Program-made: the position numbers and the translations under genes
From: Trichosphaerium sp. ATCC 40318
Taxonomy: Eukaryota; Protista; Tubulinea
Direction: 5' to 3'
Length of the DNA stretch: 64,000 nucleotides
NCBI GenBank assembly: GCA_038496445.1
Contig: JALMLS010000448.1
Span: 277,296-341,295 of the forward strand
The notes under the pieces: generated by a model
Told to the model about the DNA's origin: nothing
The model's input: only the letters and a program-made list of their open reading frames with translations
The model's database searches: none
Shown here: positions 16,901 to 29,225 of the stretch, in pieces
How positions within the stretch are numbered: position 1 is the first letter of the stretch
Layout: the number at the start of each line of letters is the position of its first letter

Positions 16901-19900
16901 ACCATCTTGGAAAAAGTAAATTCGCGTTAATATCTTCCTTTTGACACAAACGTGATAGTTTCCAACAGTGTTGTTAATAGCCTTGTTTTTTAGGGAACTG
17001 AAAAACTTTGGTAATCATCCTTCAACTGCAAGCTTTTGTGATCATTGCATATCTCATGGTGTCCGTCAAATACTTCGGTCACGTTATGTGCTTAGTCTTA
17101 GTGTTGCACTTCTTATTTACCTATTGGCTCGTATTCGATTAGTGGTACCAAAAAAAAAGTTACTATAAGACATAAAGTCTAACTATTATGTTTTACAGAG
17201 TGGACTTAGACTTAATGAATATAAAGTGGTTATGAATGAATTAGAACCAAAAGTATCAAAACTGTTGCGTACATTCTATGTTCTCAATTGGTTATCAAAG
17301 CAACGTATTGAAAATACAACAATAGAGTACGTTCCTTATTCTCTACTTTTTTCCAGGTTAAAGACATTTGTTAACCTTCATTTCAAGCTTTGATAATTTG
17401 GCTACAATGACGAATAGACACTTAACAATGACTGGTACACGTACTAATGGTATTCAATCGTCTGCAAAGACTGATGGCATGGATTTCTTGCATCATTACT
17501 TCTTGAAGAGGAATAAAGCAGTAAGGCTTAAAATACCAGAGGATGAACAAAAACAATTTCGTTCATCCATGCAACTCATAGCACGAATGCAAGTAAAAGT
17601 ATTATTTGCTTATCACAACAGCAATACATCAGTTATTGAGCATTTCAGTGATAGCAAACAATTCACACTCATGCATGTACGTCATTTTTTTTAACAACTG
17701 TTAAAGCTTTAAAAAAAAAAACCCATACTCACAGAAGATTCTTTAGGATTTTATGTCATTGCTAGCAGACACAACTGGTTTTGGGTGGCATTATCTTGGT
17801 GAAAGTTATCTTCATTTACGGATGTATGCTAAAGCATTTGATTGCTTTGTTAAGGCGTCATGGGATGTTGGTGCGTTTTAAGAACTTATTTTTGTCAATA
17901 ATTATTTCAGCCAAATAGTAATGACTTCTCTGTAGAGAATGGACGTCCTGAGCTTTATCGTTTCCTACTCGATCGTGGTTATAAACCTAGAGCAACTAAT
18001 ATATCAATGGGAAAGGCTTTAAACGTACGATACCAGAGCATGAAAACAACGTCTTTGGATTCCTTTTTTTATTTCATATCTTTATTACAAACAACTATTA
18101 TTCTTTAATCAATAGTATGTCATTATTGTCAATAACTTATCTATTGTTCTTAGATTATTTTGAATCACAAGGGGACAGATATTATTGATGAGACGTTACC
18201 AAAACATCGTGGTGTTCCATTGAGAAGAGCAAGATATACATACCTTAAACATTACTGGTATGAGGTCATTAATTTATTCGCAAGCGCAGAACAGTATTCT
18301 TTTGCTGTTCAAGCAGCTCATCGTGCGTTGATGGCCACAGACCCAAAAGACGAAGTTGCACTTGTACGCTATATATTTTTTCTTATTTTTTTCTTTCTTT
18401 TTCCTTGTACCACTTATCAAAAACTAACAAATACTGTTTTTTAGACGCAACTGTGGACTATCATATTTTTACGACAACTGGAACTTGGAGAATATGATGA
18501 CGCATACATTGCAATTAATGCAAACAAAGCAATGTACGGGTTAATGATAACATTGAATGATGCACATCATTCAACTTAAGCACGAATCCAATTTTTTTGT
18601 TTGCCAAAAGTCAACGCAAATGTTTAACTTGAATGATACGCACAATAACCTACAAGTAGATGAGTGTAATTTCTTTTTATTAATTTTTATTGTATAGGTG
18701 TGCAGAAAGGCTTAGACGATTCCTAGTTGTGATGGCTGAGAAAGGAGAATGGAGAAAGATGATAAGGTACCCATTTTTGGGTATGGAAGATCAAGTACAC
18801 AAAGAGCTATTGATGAGGTACAATAAGACACATAAAATTGATTTCCATCTCATTTTCCTCTTAGAAGCCGTAACAGCGATGTAAGCGAGCGACCTAATTT
18901 TTACCATATTCTATACTCCTTTCATTCCGTAAGAGGAAACTACAGACAAGGTACAGTACAAATAATAATATTGAAAGACGATTGCGGGAACTACGCTGAA
19001 AACTTTCTTTTTGTACTTGCTTTTCTAAAGATGATTTAGCTGCTTCGGCTATGTATGAATATGCCGATAGGTGCTCTATTGAGACACATATGTTGGGAAT
19101 AGAATCCATGGAACGTCAGTCACAAGTACGTTAACTTTAAAATAGTTTTCTAGTTTGGAAAGCTACTCACTGGTTTATGTCTTTATTTCTCACATCCTCC
19201 TAGGGTCTTGTTTCTGCTATTAGCGCTTTATCACTTGCAAGAGATGATTTTGCATATGTACTGATGAGACCAAGAGATACACTTATAATGAAGCGACCTG
19301 TCTCGCCAAAGCGTAAATACTACGCTGGCAAAGAGTACATGGCCGAATTAGATGCAACAAAATGTACGAAAACAATTCCGCTCACTACTAGGGTTGTATC
19401 GCATATGTGGTTTACTTATCCACCATTTCTTGTAGTTACTCCTGGCGTTGTTGTTATCACTATTGATGAGATACGGCGGAAGCAACTTATTGTTAGTTGT
19501 AGTATAAAACTTGCAAAAAAAAATCTAAAGCAAGATGAAGACTCTCGTGCGTGTTCCCTTTATTTTTTCTTTCTTATCAAACTCTAATAAGTATCTTACG
19601 CTGTTATGTAGCATCTATTCTGGGTAATGACAACCCATTGCATTTGTGTGATAAATTGCTTGAGCAAGGATTCATTGATGAAGCTTTTTCTATGGGCAAG
19701 TTGTTTAAGTTTAATCATGATGAAATGGCAAAGATATTCGTATATATGACGAATATTTGCTTGGAGCTTGATGGAGTTGATCTTGAGGCAATAGAATCTC
19801 CTTGGGCTCTTCGATTAGGTATGTATTTTAGCTATTTTTTGACTAAGCACGAGTCTCTTTCCCTTTGTTTTGGAGTTTCACTTTATTTCTTTTGTACTCT

Positions 19901-20620
19901 CGCTTCTGTGATTATTAACGGTTTTCGTTAGCTCGTATATACCAAAAACCTAGTGTGGTAGCTTGGATGAGGTTGAGAAAGTATTTAGAAGACTATAATT
20001 CTCAGTACACAAACTTTCAGTGCGTCCTTTATTTACAACTTTTTCTGAAGTTTTACTTGGAATTCTTTTGTTTTGTTCGTGTTCGTTTCATTTTATGGCT
20101 CTAACTGATTTATAGCTACCACTTGGTAGCCGCAAAGAGGATACTTACAGCAGCTCCTGATACAAGATTAAAGCCATGGTTAATGAATGCGTTCAAACGT
20201 GAAGGTTCAGAAGATAAATCACATTTACTTATATCTCTTCTCATACAATTCGAGTCATACGAAGAAGCCTGTAGGCTTGGTATATATATGTTCCAAAATG
20301 CCAGAGAGGTACTTACAAATTTTGACATACACACATGCATACTAGCCAAGAATATTACGAAAAAGGGAAAAAAGACAGGCTCGAAGCCTTGTTTCTTCAT
20401 TTTTTCTTCTTTTTTTTTTTATCTGATCCATTTATTTTCTTAGGCTCTAAGTGATTCTAAGACGACTTTCATATCTTATAATGTCGTTGATAATATGGAG
20501 AAACGTATCAATACATTCATGAGAAATAATACCTCTGATCAAGCAAGAAAGGATATACTAGAAAAAGATATTTGGCCTGATTACAAAGCCGCAAGAGATG
20601 CTTACTTCAGGTCCTTGTAG
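13964..20620 (+). CDS. NUP160: Nuclear pore complex protein Nup160/Nup120 (many introns)
   Basis: N-terminal NRYIIW|RVSGQTLQLEEL..HDLHNSAVSLRFP, HKLCIWD, AIFHPNRFSKECI, LELGEYDDAYIAI, LRRFLVVMAE, AASAMYEYA and KPWL motifs, in the order and length typical of Nup160. Confidence 0.85.
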
Positions 20621-20969
20621 GGCATTCAAACAAGACTGTTGATTCAGGTGTATGATTATCCACTTGGGGTAGTTAGTAGTAACCCAACCAATAGTACAAA
20701 AAACAAAACGTTGAAAAAAACGAAGGAGCATTTAGAACCCACGTGCACCTCTTGCTGTAATTGATCTAGTGTAAGATAAAAAAATTTGATGAAAAAGTGC
20801 TGTCTTAAAAGCTTGAGGACGGGTTCATGTTGACTAGGTTTGGGCTTATAATACATAGCCATTGGACAATAGTCGAGGTTGTTCTTATCTGACTAATCCC
20901 GTATGGCTTGTTAAGTATTGACAGCTTAAGCGAATGCAAAAAAGCTGTTATCAATAATACGAACTCTAC

Positions 20970-23900
20970 ATGCAGCGGCAGTATACGTGGATTGTTTTTC
21001 TGCTCGCTGTGAGTATTTTTGAGGGCTTAAAGGCGCAATGTATGTTTAAAGACAATAAACCAACATTGGTTCCATTAGGTGAGGCGTGTGGTCTAATATT
21101 AAGCGTACTAATACCTTTTAAGAATCAAAGTTTATTCAAGACCGATTCCAGAACGTAATAGCCCTTTATAACAATGGTACGCATACAAAACTATCGTAAA
21201 ACCTAATAAGCACAAAGCCACATTCGTTTACAATGGTTATTTCGGTTGTAACACAACACGCTTCTATTCTCCCATAATAAGCGTCGCTAGAGTGAATGTA
21301 CGTTTCAAAGCTCCTTTAACCATTAATTGGGATGAATACGTGCTAACTGGGGCGTCAGCAAGACGCTTTCTTTTTTACATTCCGTATCTGTTGAAATTTG
21401 GGAATGGGAGGATGACGTAAAACAACTTGTGCAAAAGTCAACTGTGAAATGGAGTAGTATTATGAATGGAACATCATACCACTTTGATTCAATTGTAGAA
21501 GCATGGAACGATACAGTCGTGATTAATTTATTCACACGTGCTGTTTGTTTTAATGTTTCGGGTGGTACTATTAACTCATGGCATTTTATTGAATATGAAG
21601 AAGAAGGATTTGTTATTAAAAACATACGATATGAGTATGAACTTGAGCGTCTATGGGTACGTTGTGTGTTAGAACTTCTATTTCATTTGCACTTTAAAAA
21701 ATATCGATTCATTAATCTGACTTAGTTGATTGGTGTTAAAAATGACGAGGAACTGGGTATTTTATCAATGTCTAAATCGTTGGATGGTCAATGGAATATA
21801 TCGTGGTCCTACGAAATTGAGATAGTTGAAGGATACTCTATTCCACTAAACTTTACAGTCTATGCCAGTACGGTTTATATGATGCTTTTTTTTGTTTGTT
21901 TTTTTTTACTTTTTGGGTCTCTCACCCACACAACTCAAAGGTTTTCTCATGCTTTTGTTTATTTCCATCATTGATACCATGGTTGTTGTTGCGTTTATGA
22001 AAGCGTAGTGCTTTTGTAAGTGTGGTTTCAGAACCAACATGTTTACTCGATACTAAAAAAGCACAACTACTTTTTCAATATATCTATATTCTTTACGTCT
22101 CATATTTATTTGTTTTAGAGAGAATGTATCGTAAATATGCACATCTAATTATAAATTCTTATGACGTAATTACCATAAAGCCATTTTATATTTGTCTTGA
22201 TACAGCACTTGAATGCTTTAATCTAGATGAATATGCAAATTTTATTCTTTTTGACAGCCCGGATCAGTACATTGGATATTATTGTGACTTACACCTACCT
22301 TGTAGTATGTATCAAAATAGTGTACGTTCAACTAGTTTATTCAATCTTAAGGCTAACAAGTTTTTGATTAACAGAATGAGTATTGCTTGTATTGCTGGCT
22401 AAACAGTACAACAAACAACCAAATACAACTTGTTCAGATGGGTGTTTATTCACTAGGGAGAGCATTTTATCCTTCTCATGATACCCTTGGTCCTCGTCCT
22501 ATACAGCGTGTTGTACAAGCAAACGGCAGTATATATATTGGAAGTTCAGTAGATGGATCGTTAAGCATTGAGAAAGGACCAAAACCCAAAGTAGAGCACG
22601 TGCTATTTTCTAGTAACAGTGTTGATTAACTTACTGTTTTACAATTAGTGTTGGTTTCAATCAACAGTCGCATTATGCAGGAAATGATGTTTTTATAGCT
22701 TCTTGTGGACAAGGAAAAGAGGTTGATAGTACTAGACTAAACCTTATGCCTTGCACTTTCTGCAAACAAGGTAAGAAAAACGAAATTTACTCTGTGTTTT
22801 TTTGAAATCTGTTTTGTTTTGTCTCGTCAGACAGTTTTGCTTGATTACTTCCAAGTACCATAAACAATATTGTGTGTCTTTTATAAACATCATACTTCAG
22901 CTGAAACACGTTGTGTTATTGAAAGGTTTCTTATTTTTTTCTAGGTTATTACAAAAACGAAACTATGTCATCGTGTGCGCTTTGTACACCAAAAAAAAAG
23001 AAAACATGTCCACCTGGATCTATAATGAATTTTGATGAAGAAACTTTAGCAGAATCAGCACAGTCACTGAGGTTCCCTTTTACAGAGTTGACACCAAAGT
23101 CAGTACAAAAGCAATTCCTCGATCAACTCTTTAACAAGAACGGACCTGCTACTTGGATGACAATAGCAAATTTTTCTCTCATTTTGCTGTTGCTGTTGAC
23201 TGTACTTGTATGTACCAAAAATGGTAATACATGGCTATTAGATAAGCTCAAGTCTATGGATATGAATAAAACACCACTGATTGTTAAAGGTAAGTATCAA
23301 ACAAAAGGTAACTTGATCGGAGGTTTGATTACAATATGTACCGTTGGTTTTTGTATTATTGGTATTGTGTGCATGCTGTACATCTACTTTGACTTTGAAA
23401 GAGAACCAATGATCATTGGAGCAGAGTCTATAAGGCCATTGAATGTGTTACGAGAAACATCAAGTGAGTTGTTGGCATCAGCGCCTCATAATGTTTTAGA
23501 TTTTTACAAACACCTCCAAAGGTAAGCTTCTCAACATGTTTCTGAACAATAACTCTTTTACCAATAGTAATTCACAAACTGAGGTCACAATTGAGTGGGT
23601 CGGTATGAATGTTACATATTGTAACAAGTCAGACCGTAGTTGGTATTCTTTTAATACTAACATGAAGAGTTTACACCACAACTTTGACACATACGCAGAA
23701 AACACAAACGTTACACAAGGAATAATATCCTTTCAAAGCTTTAAAGATGGTACAAATATGAGTTTTTCATTTCTTTCAACAGAGTGTTGGTCTCCCAATT
23801 TTGTTGCCATCAAGATAAACTTTACAACAAAAGGTACATTTAAGGTTGATTACTGTTTTGGTTATGACAGTGCTAATGTTTTCTTTTCTACAAGGTTCAC

Positions 23901-24647
23901 AGGAGCTTATGACAATATCTGATGTTGGTAGATTTTTACCAAGTGCAAAGATAGAATTGTTGGTAGAATCCACTCCCATAATACGTGTAACTAATGAAGA
24001 CATCATTACAGGTGCGTGGGGTTTTTTTTTGTAAATTATCTGAAAAAAACTTGTGACTTTGTCTTTGTTGTGTAGGATACTTTGCACATACTATTATAAA
24101 ACATAGTTATATTGAAGATGGCCTGAGTGCTTCAGAGTTAGAACAAAATAATGAAGAATACAACTTTAGGTACGTTCTATCTACAAACCAACATCATCAA
24201 CAACTTTGTCACCTTTTCCTGATTTTCTTGTTACTCGGGCATCACTCTCAAATGCAATTATCAAAATATGTCTCAATATTAACCTTGTTTCCTACACCCC
24301 ATGTTACACAACAAAAGCGGAAACAGTTTGATGGGTTGTTGATTGATGTTGTTTTCCTTTTTTTTTCTTGGTTTTTATTAATGTATTTTATTTAGACTTG
24401 ATATTATCGTCAAGTCAGGATCATCGTATGAACAAGAGATTCAAAGAAAAAATATTGGAGATGCTCAATTAGTATTCTCTTTCTTAGTTATAATTGCGCT
24501 AATGTACAACATTGGTATGCTTGCTGGTAAGTGTGCAGCACTACTTTATCCTCTTTTCAAGATGATTTTTTATTGCTTTTGCCCTCGTCACAACAGGGAA
24601 GAGAGAAACCCATTATTAGGGGTTATACAATAGAAGTAACGTACTGA
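20970..24647 (+). pseudogene. Gene A, copy 2; probable pseudogene or silent copy with a 2-nt deletion near 21385
   Basis: Inverted paralog of 1-3562. Copy 1 reads TTC CGT GAA TCT GTA GAA, whereas copy 2 reads TTC CGT ATC TGT TGA (premature stop). An assembly error cannot be excluded. Confidence 0.65.
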
Positions 24648-25862
24648 ATGTTAAATAAACACTTTGTAAATAAATAACATGTTGGCAGCTGTTTAAAATA
24701 CACTCTGATGCGACTCAACATTTTGATTTTGCTTCAACGTTAAACTTGTATACTTGTTCTTTCAAATACCATAAAAATATGAGCCAACATATCAGGTGCT
24801 CAATCTTATTTACTTGTTTTGTCGCGTTCAATGCGAAATCTAGCCAGTTGCGCATACTTGATAATAATCTAAGGATTACGAAAAGCACGTGAAAGTTGAA
24901 GTGAAAGTTAAAAATCCTTTGCTCGAGTAACATCACTGTCTTCCATCGAAAAACTGCCAAACGCATTACTTTAATTGATGATAAATATGAATTATACCCA
25001 TTGATGTATGTAAAGGATTGTACGCCTACTTCTCAATTGTTAGGTATTTCAAATACTCATTAAACGGGTCTTTATTCCGGTACTGCGCTAGCGACAGTAC
25101 AAAATCCGCTAGGTAGATTATTAAGGAGACTTTTTATTGTAGAGAATCTTATCCAATAAAAAGAGCGTCAGCAGTATCTTTTGAATCACGTGAGTTTTTA
25201 TTTGACAAGTCTTTTCGTATTTGTCACTCTTATTATGTACTTCTCTATTATAATTTTTAGCAATGTAGAAGCGTTCGCACTGTGCGATGTATTCTAAAGT
25301 CAAGAACTTTACATTAACTTTTGGGCTTTGCCTTCGGGTTTTTAGCGATTATTGGGTGACTGCTGGGGGAAACCCAAAACTATTGGTCTGCTCAAAACCA
25401 TTTATAAGACAACTGTATGAGTAGACAAAGCGTTTGACCACTAGGGAGATTTTGTGTGTGGAGTTATTCACATTCGTACGTTTCACCTACAATCTTGTGT
25501 GTACTATTTTGCGCTGAGTGGCTGTCGAATGCGTAGGCCTATTTTCCCTGTAATTGATTGTATAATAAGAGATGTTTTGATGAAACGTTTCTACCGTTTC
25601 TGATGTTCCTAATGTTTTTCTTGTTAGTAAATGAGTTTAAAGCTTCCACTGGGCGCTCTCTCGAGCATGGCAACCTTTGATTACAGCGCCTTTTTCTTCA
25701 AAAATACGTACGGATGTGAATAACTCCACAAATACCGCAGGCTTGTTTTATGTAACTAGCGCACTAAAAGTAAAAATCCAAACATTTTCAGAAAACTCAC
25801 AAAAAACACCATTTTTAAAACACAGAACTGACAAAACATCACGTGATAAACCATTACCCAAA

Positions 25863-26965
25863 ATGAGTATTTCAGGTCAGACATAAAGATATTTTATCTC
25901 GACAAAACTAACACCCTTTCGCTAGTGCTGCTAGTTTTTTGCCTCTATGTGTCGTCTGCTATGGCTGCAGAAAATACCCTAGGGCTCGTACAATACACCC
26001 CAAACCAAGCAGATTGGTCCATAATGAACGCAAAAGCGATTTCAGGAGTAAACACCGCTCATGACCCTGATGGCGTCGGTTGGATCTCACAAAGCGCATG
26101 GAGTAGCTCAGAATGGGACGGTGTAACAACGTATGACCCTTCTACAATGTCTAGAAGAGCGTTCTGGAAAGCTATTTGTCCAAGTGTCGATCGTATTAGA
26201 GGTATTCGCGAGGTGTTCTACCAACATCAACCCTTTGCCGACAATGCAAACCCAACCAAAGCAGAAGTCGATGAATGGCATCGTATTGCGATTAACCATG
26301 TAAGAGCACTTGTTGGTACGTTTTCTAATCACGTAGCGTTTTAATCAAAAAGCTCACATTGTTGTTTAGGATACACTAGTGCTGATAGACAAGTGAAGAA
26401 GGATCATTGTATGTTCGCTCGTGCCTTGTGGGGCCAACAACGCAGGAAAACTACAATGTGGGACGCTGCATACCCTGGTACTACAGGAAGCGCATACGGT
26501 CCTTGTCAAGGATCTGGAAACGCGCACTGTGGCGCTACTTTCATTCCTTCGCCTGCAGATCAAGTACCATACTTGCCTCCTGGTCACCCTCCATGTACTA
26601 CTGTACAGGGCGCTGAAGGTGTTTTTGGTGCTTCGAAGTCAAACATTCCTTGGTCTATAAAGTGGTCTCGCTCTTTGTGCAATACTTTAATTGCTGAGGG
26701 ATTCTGGGGAGGACATGTTGGTCCATTTTTTCATCGAGAAAAGTTCGGATTTAGCTTTTGGGATCAATCCTCAAACCATAATGCTATCGCTGGATTAAGA
26801 GCAAAATGGACTGGAAGGCTAATGCCAAACTTGTACTGCAATCCTAACAATAATGGGTGTACAGGCGCCCGAGACGCCAACCAACAAAGTGCCAGCAATC
26901 GCCTTGTTTTCACTTTTTCTTATGTAGTTCTTTTCTTTGTAGCACTCGTATTAGCACACGCTTGA
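25863..26965 (+). CDS. Gene B, copy 2, with a C-terminal hydrophobic tail (GPI-anchor-signal-like), 3 exons
   Basis: Spliced MSIS|VLLVFCLYVSSAMA...; core nearly identical to copy 1; ends ...QQSASNRLVFTFSYVVLFFVALVLAHA*. Confidence 0.8.
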
Positions 26966-27189
26966 TGTAGTACATCTATGCTCAAATAAACCTCAAGTCA
27001 CAACACCATCTCTTTTGTTCCTTTCAATGTTTTGATGTTAACAATACAGGTTGGTTAACGCAACAGGAAATGTTGTAGAAATATACTAGTCAAAAATGCC
27101 ATGTGACTCTTTTATACAATAGTGCAAACTTAAGGGATGTCGATTAACTAGTGCAAGCTTACTTCTCGCGTACAAACCAGGCTACAGTG

Positions 27190-28054
27190 GTTTATCGCAA
27201 CACTCTTATTATAGAAATGGTGTTTTCCATGGATTGTTCAAAACGTGGTCTGCTGACGGACATCTATGGCGGAATATGACTTTCGTAAACGGAATACATG
27301 AAAGAGAGTGCAGGATTTATCATTTTAATGGTTCATTGAAGTGTAGTCAATATCTTGATGGCAAACTTCATGGAGAGTACAAGAAAATGTATAGCTCTGG
27401 TAATATACATACCCATTGTTTCTATAATATGGATAAGAGAGAGGGATCGTACAAGCAATGGAAGAACAAGGATGCTCATCCGTGTATTGAGAGTACTTAC
27501 CCCTATGATAAACGCATAGGAAGGTACAAACGAAGGTATAAAAAAGGTGAATGTGTACTACTTTGTACCTATAATCATAGAGATAAGCAAGAAGGTGATT
27601 GCAAAATGTGGTATGGCACTGGACAATTGAAAAAACATTGTGAGTACATCAACGGGGAAAAGTTTGGCGAATCAACAATGTGATACAAAAGCGGCCAAGT
27701 GAAGAAGTTACAAAACTACATCAATGGTGTTTTAGAAGGAGAGGTCAAAGAGTGGTATGAAAGCGGTCAAGTGAAGAAACAACAAAACTACGTCAATGGT
27801 AAGCTCGGAGGAGAGAGCAAACAATGGTATGAAAGTGGTCAATAGCAGCTACACCGAAACGAAGATGAGGACAAAACGTGGTATAAAATGGTCAAATGAA
27901 ATCACATGAGTATAGCACTGATGATAAAAGATGTTGTAAGACATGGTACGAAAATGGTCAAATACAGCTGGACATAGCATATAGCAGAAACGGAAATGGA
28001 AAAGAAGCAACACAATGGCATCAGAATGGTCAAATTAAGAGAGTTTTTAACTAG
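27190..28054 (+). pseudogene. Intronless MORN-variant (YwqK-like) repeat protein, decayed (5' end approximate)
   Basis: Repeats of Y.NGK.HG..K.WY.NGQ.K continue past a TGA at 27681-27683 (a Trp position), a TAG at ~27843 and a 1-nt frameshift at ~27885, and end at TAG 28052-28054. Confidence 0.85.
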
Positions 28055-28192
28055 CGAATATTGACAGGCTTAATTTTCTGCTAATTTTCTCAAACTTCAA
28101 ACCACAATTTTTTTTGCATTTCAAAACGTTAGACTCAAAAATGATTCCGCGTTTTGTTCCTTTGAGATGCAATTTAGAGTATAGTGCTTCAT

Positions 28193-28264
28193 CGTTTCTT
28201 GACTGAGAGGTTAAAGTAATATGCTAATAACATATTTTCGCTGGTTCGAATCCAGCAGTAACAA
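28193..28264 (+). tRNA. tRNA-Ile(AAT), atypical and AT-rich, imperfect acceptor stem (possible pseudogene)
   Basis: D arm ACT-GAGAGGTTAA-AGT; anticodon arm ATATG-CTAATAA-CATAT (AAT at 28226-28228); T arm GCTGG-TTCGAAT-CCAGC; acceptor CGTTTCT/AGTAACA with two mismatches. Confidence 0.75.
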
Positions 28265-29225
28265 ATTCTAAGCACACCTCGCTATCATCTCTTTATTTTG
28301 CAGTTACAATTGTTTGTTGGGCGTTTGCTTGCCAAATTAACTCAATGCACCAAGAAATACAATCGATTGTTGCGTTACTATTTTGCCGAGGAGAACTGCA
28401 ACACGTTTATGGTTGAAGTACCTCCACAACTGCTGCGGTGCTCTTAAAGGCTGCACCAAGTCGGAGTTCCAAAGATCATTCACGGCTATTGCGGACGCAC
28501 ACATACCCTATAAGCTTTGAACGGCAATGTAGCACCTCCACATGGCATATGTCACGATTGTAAACTATCCGATTGCTCAGAGACTTACTTTGAAAAAAAA
28601 CCAGGTTTGTAGTGTTCAATGAATCTTCTTTAGATTGGCTAACATTGTCAATATAAGGGAGACACGCTTGGGAGGAAAGACGCTCAGTCTTTGGTGGCTC
28701 TAGCATAGCCACACGAGCGGATTTATTCCACATTTAAGAACACTCGTGTGATTGCAAATGTGTTTGAGGGAAAATTTAGGAGACGAATATAACGTATCGT
28801 TATGACTACCAAGCATGCAAAAAAGTTAAGAATTTTCTTTGTTGCTGCAAGAAATGTCGCACCAAGCCTACTGTACAACGGATTATGAAAATTGACGGAA
28901 CCAGAGAGCGTAATGCAATTGTGAAGAAACTACAAAAAAAAAATATTTTGAAAGTGTTTTCTCTTCCATGGTCAAGGGCGAAGTCTTGAACTATGATGAA
29001 ATGGTCATATGTGACACTTGCCAAGTATTTCCACTTCCTTTGTGATTGTACACTCCCTAGATTGATAAAAAAACAACTCACAGAACCAGCAACAATAAAT
29101 AACAAAACGCAGGAACTTTTTTTGCATCAAAAAAATTCGCTCCTTTTCTACTTTAGCTATTGTATCATAAATATTTAGGACAGCATTTTGGTATTATGAG
29201 AAGCTTTATTAATTTGGAAAGCAAC

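Noticed and set aside
18553-18574. 10-bp hairpin in a NUP160 intron
   Set aside because: Short, AT-rich and isolated; compatible with chance.
27681-27845. Alternative genetic code or stop readthrough in the MORN gene (TGA at a Trp position)
   Set aside because: The same gene also has a TAG and a frameshift, and host genes use TGG for Trp and TGA as stop, so decay is the simpler explanation.
28300-29100. Short ORFs between the tRNA and WDR70
   Set aside because: No recognisable motifs or coherent exon chain.
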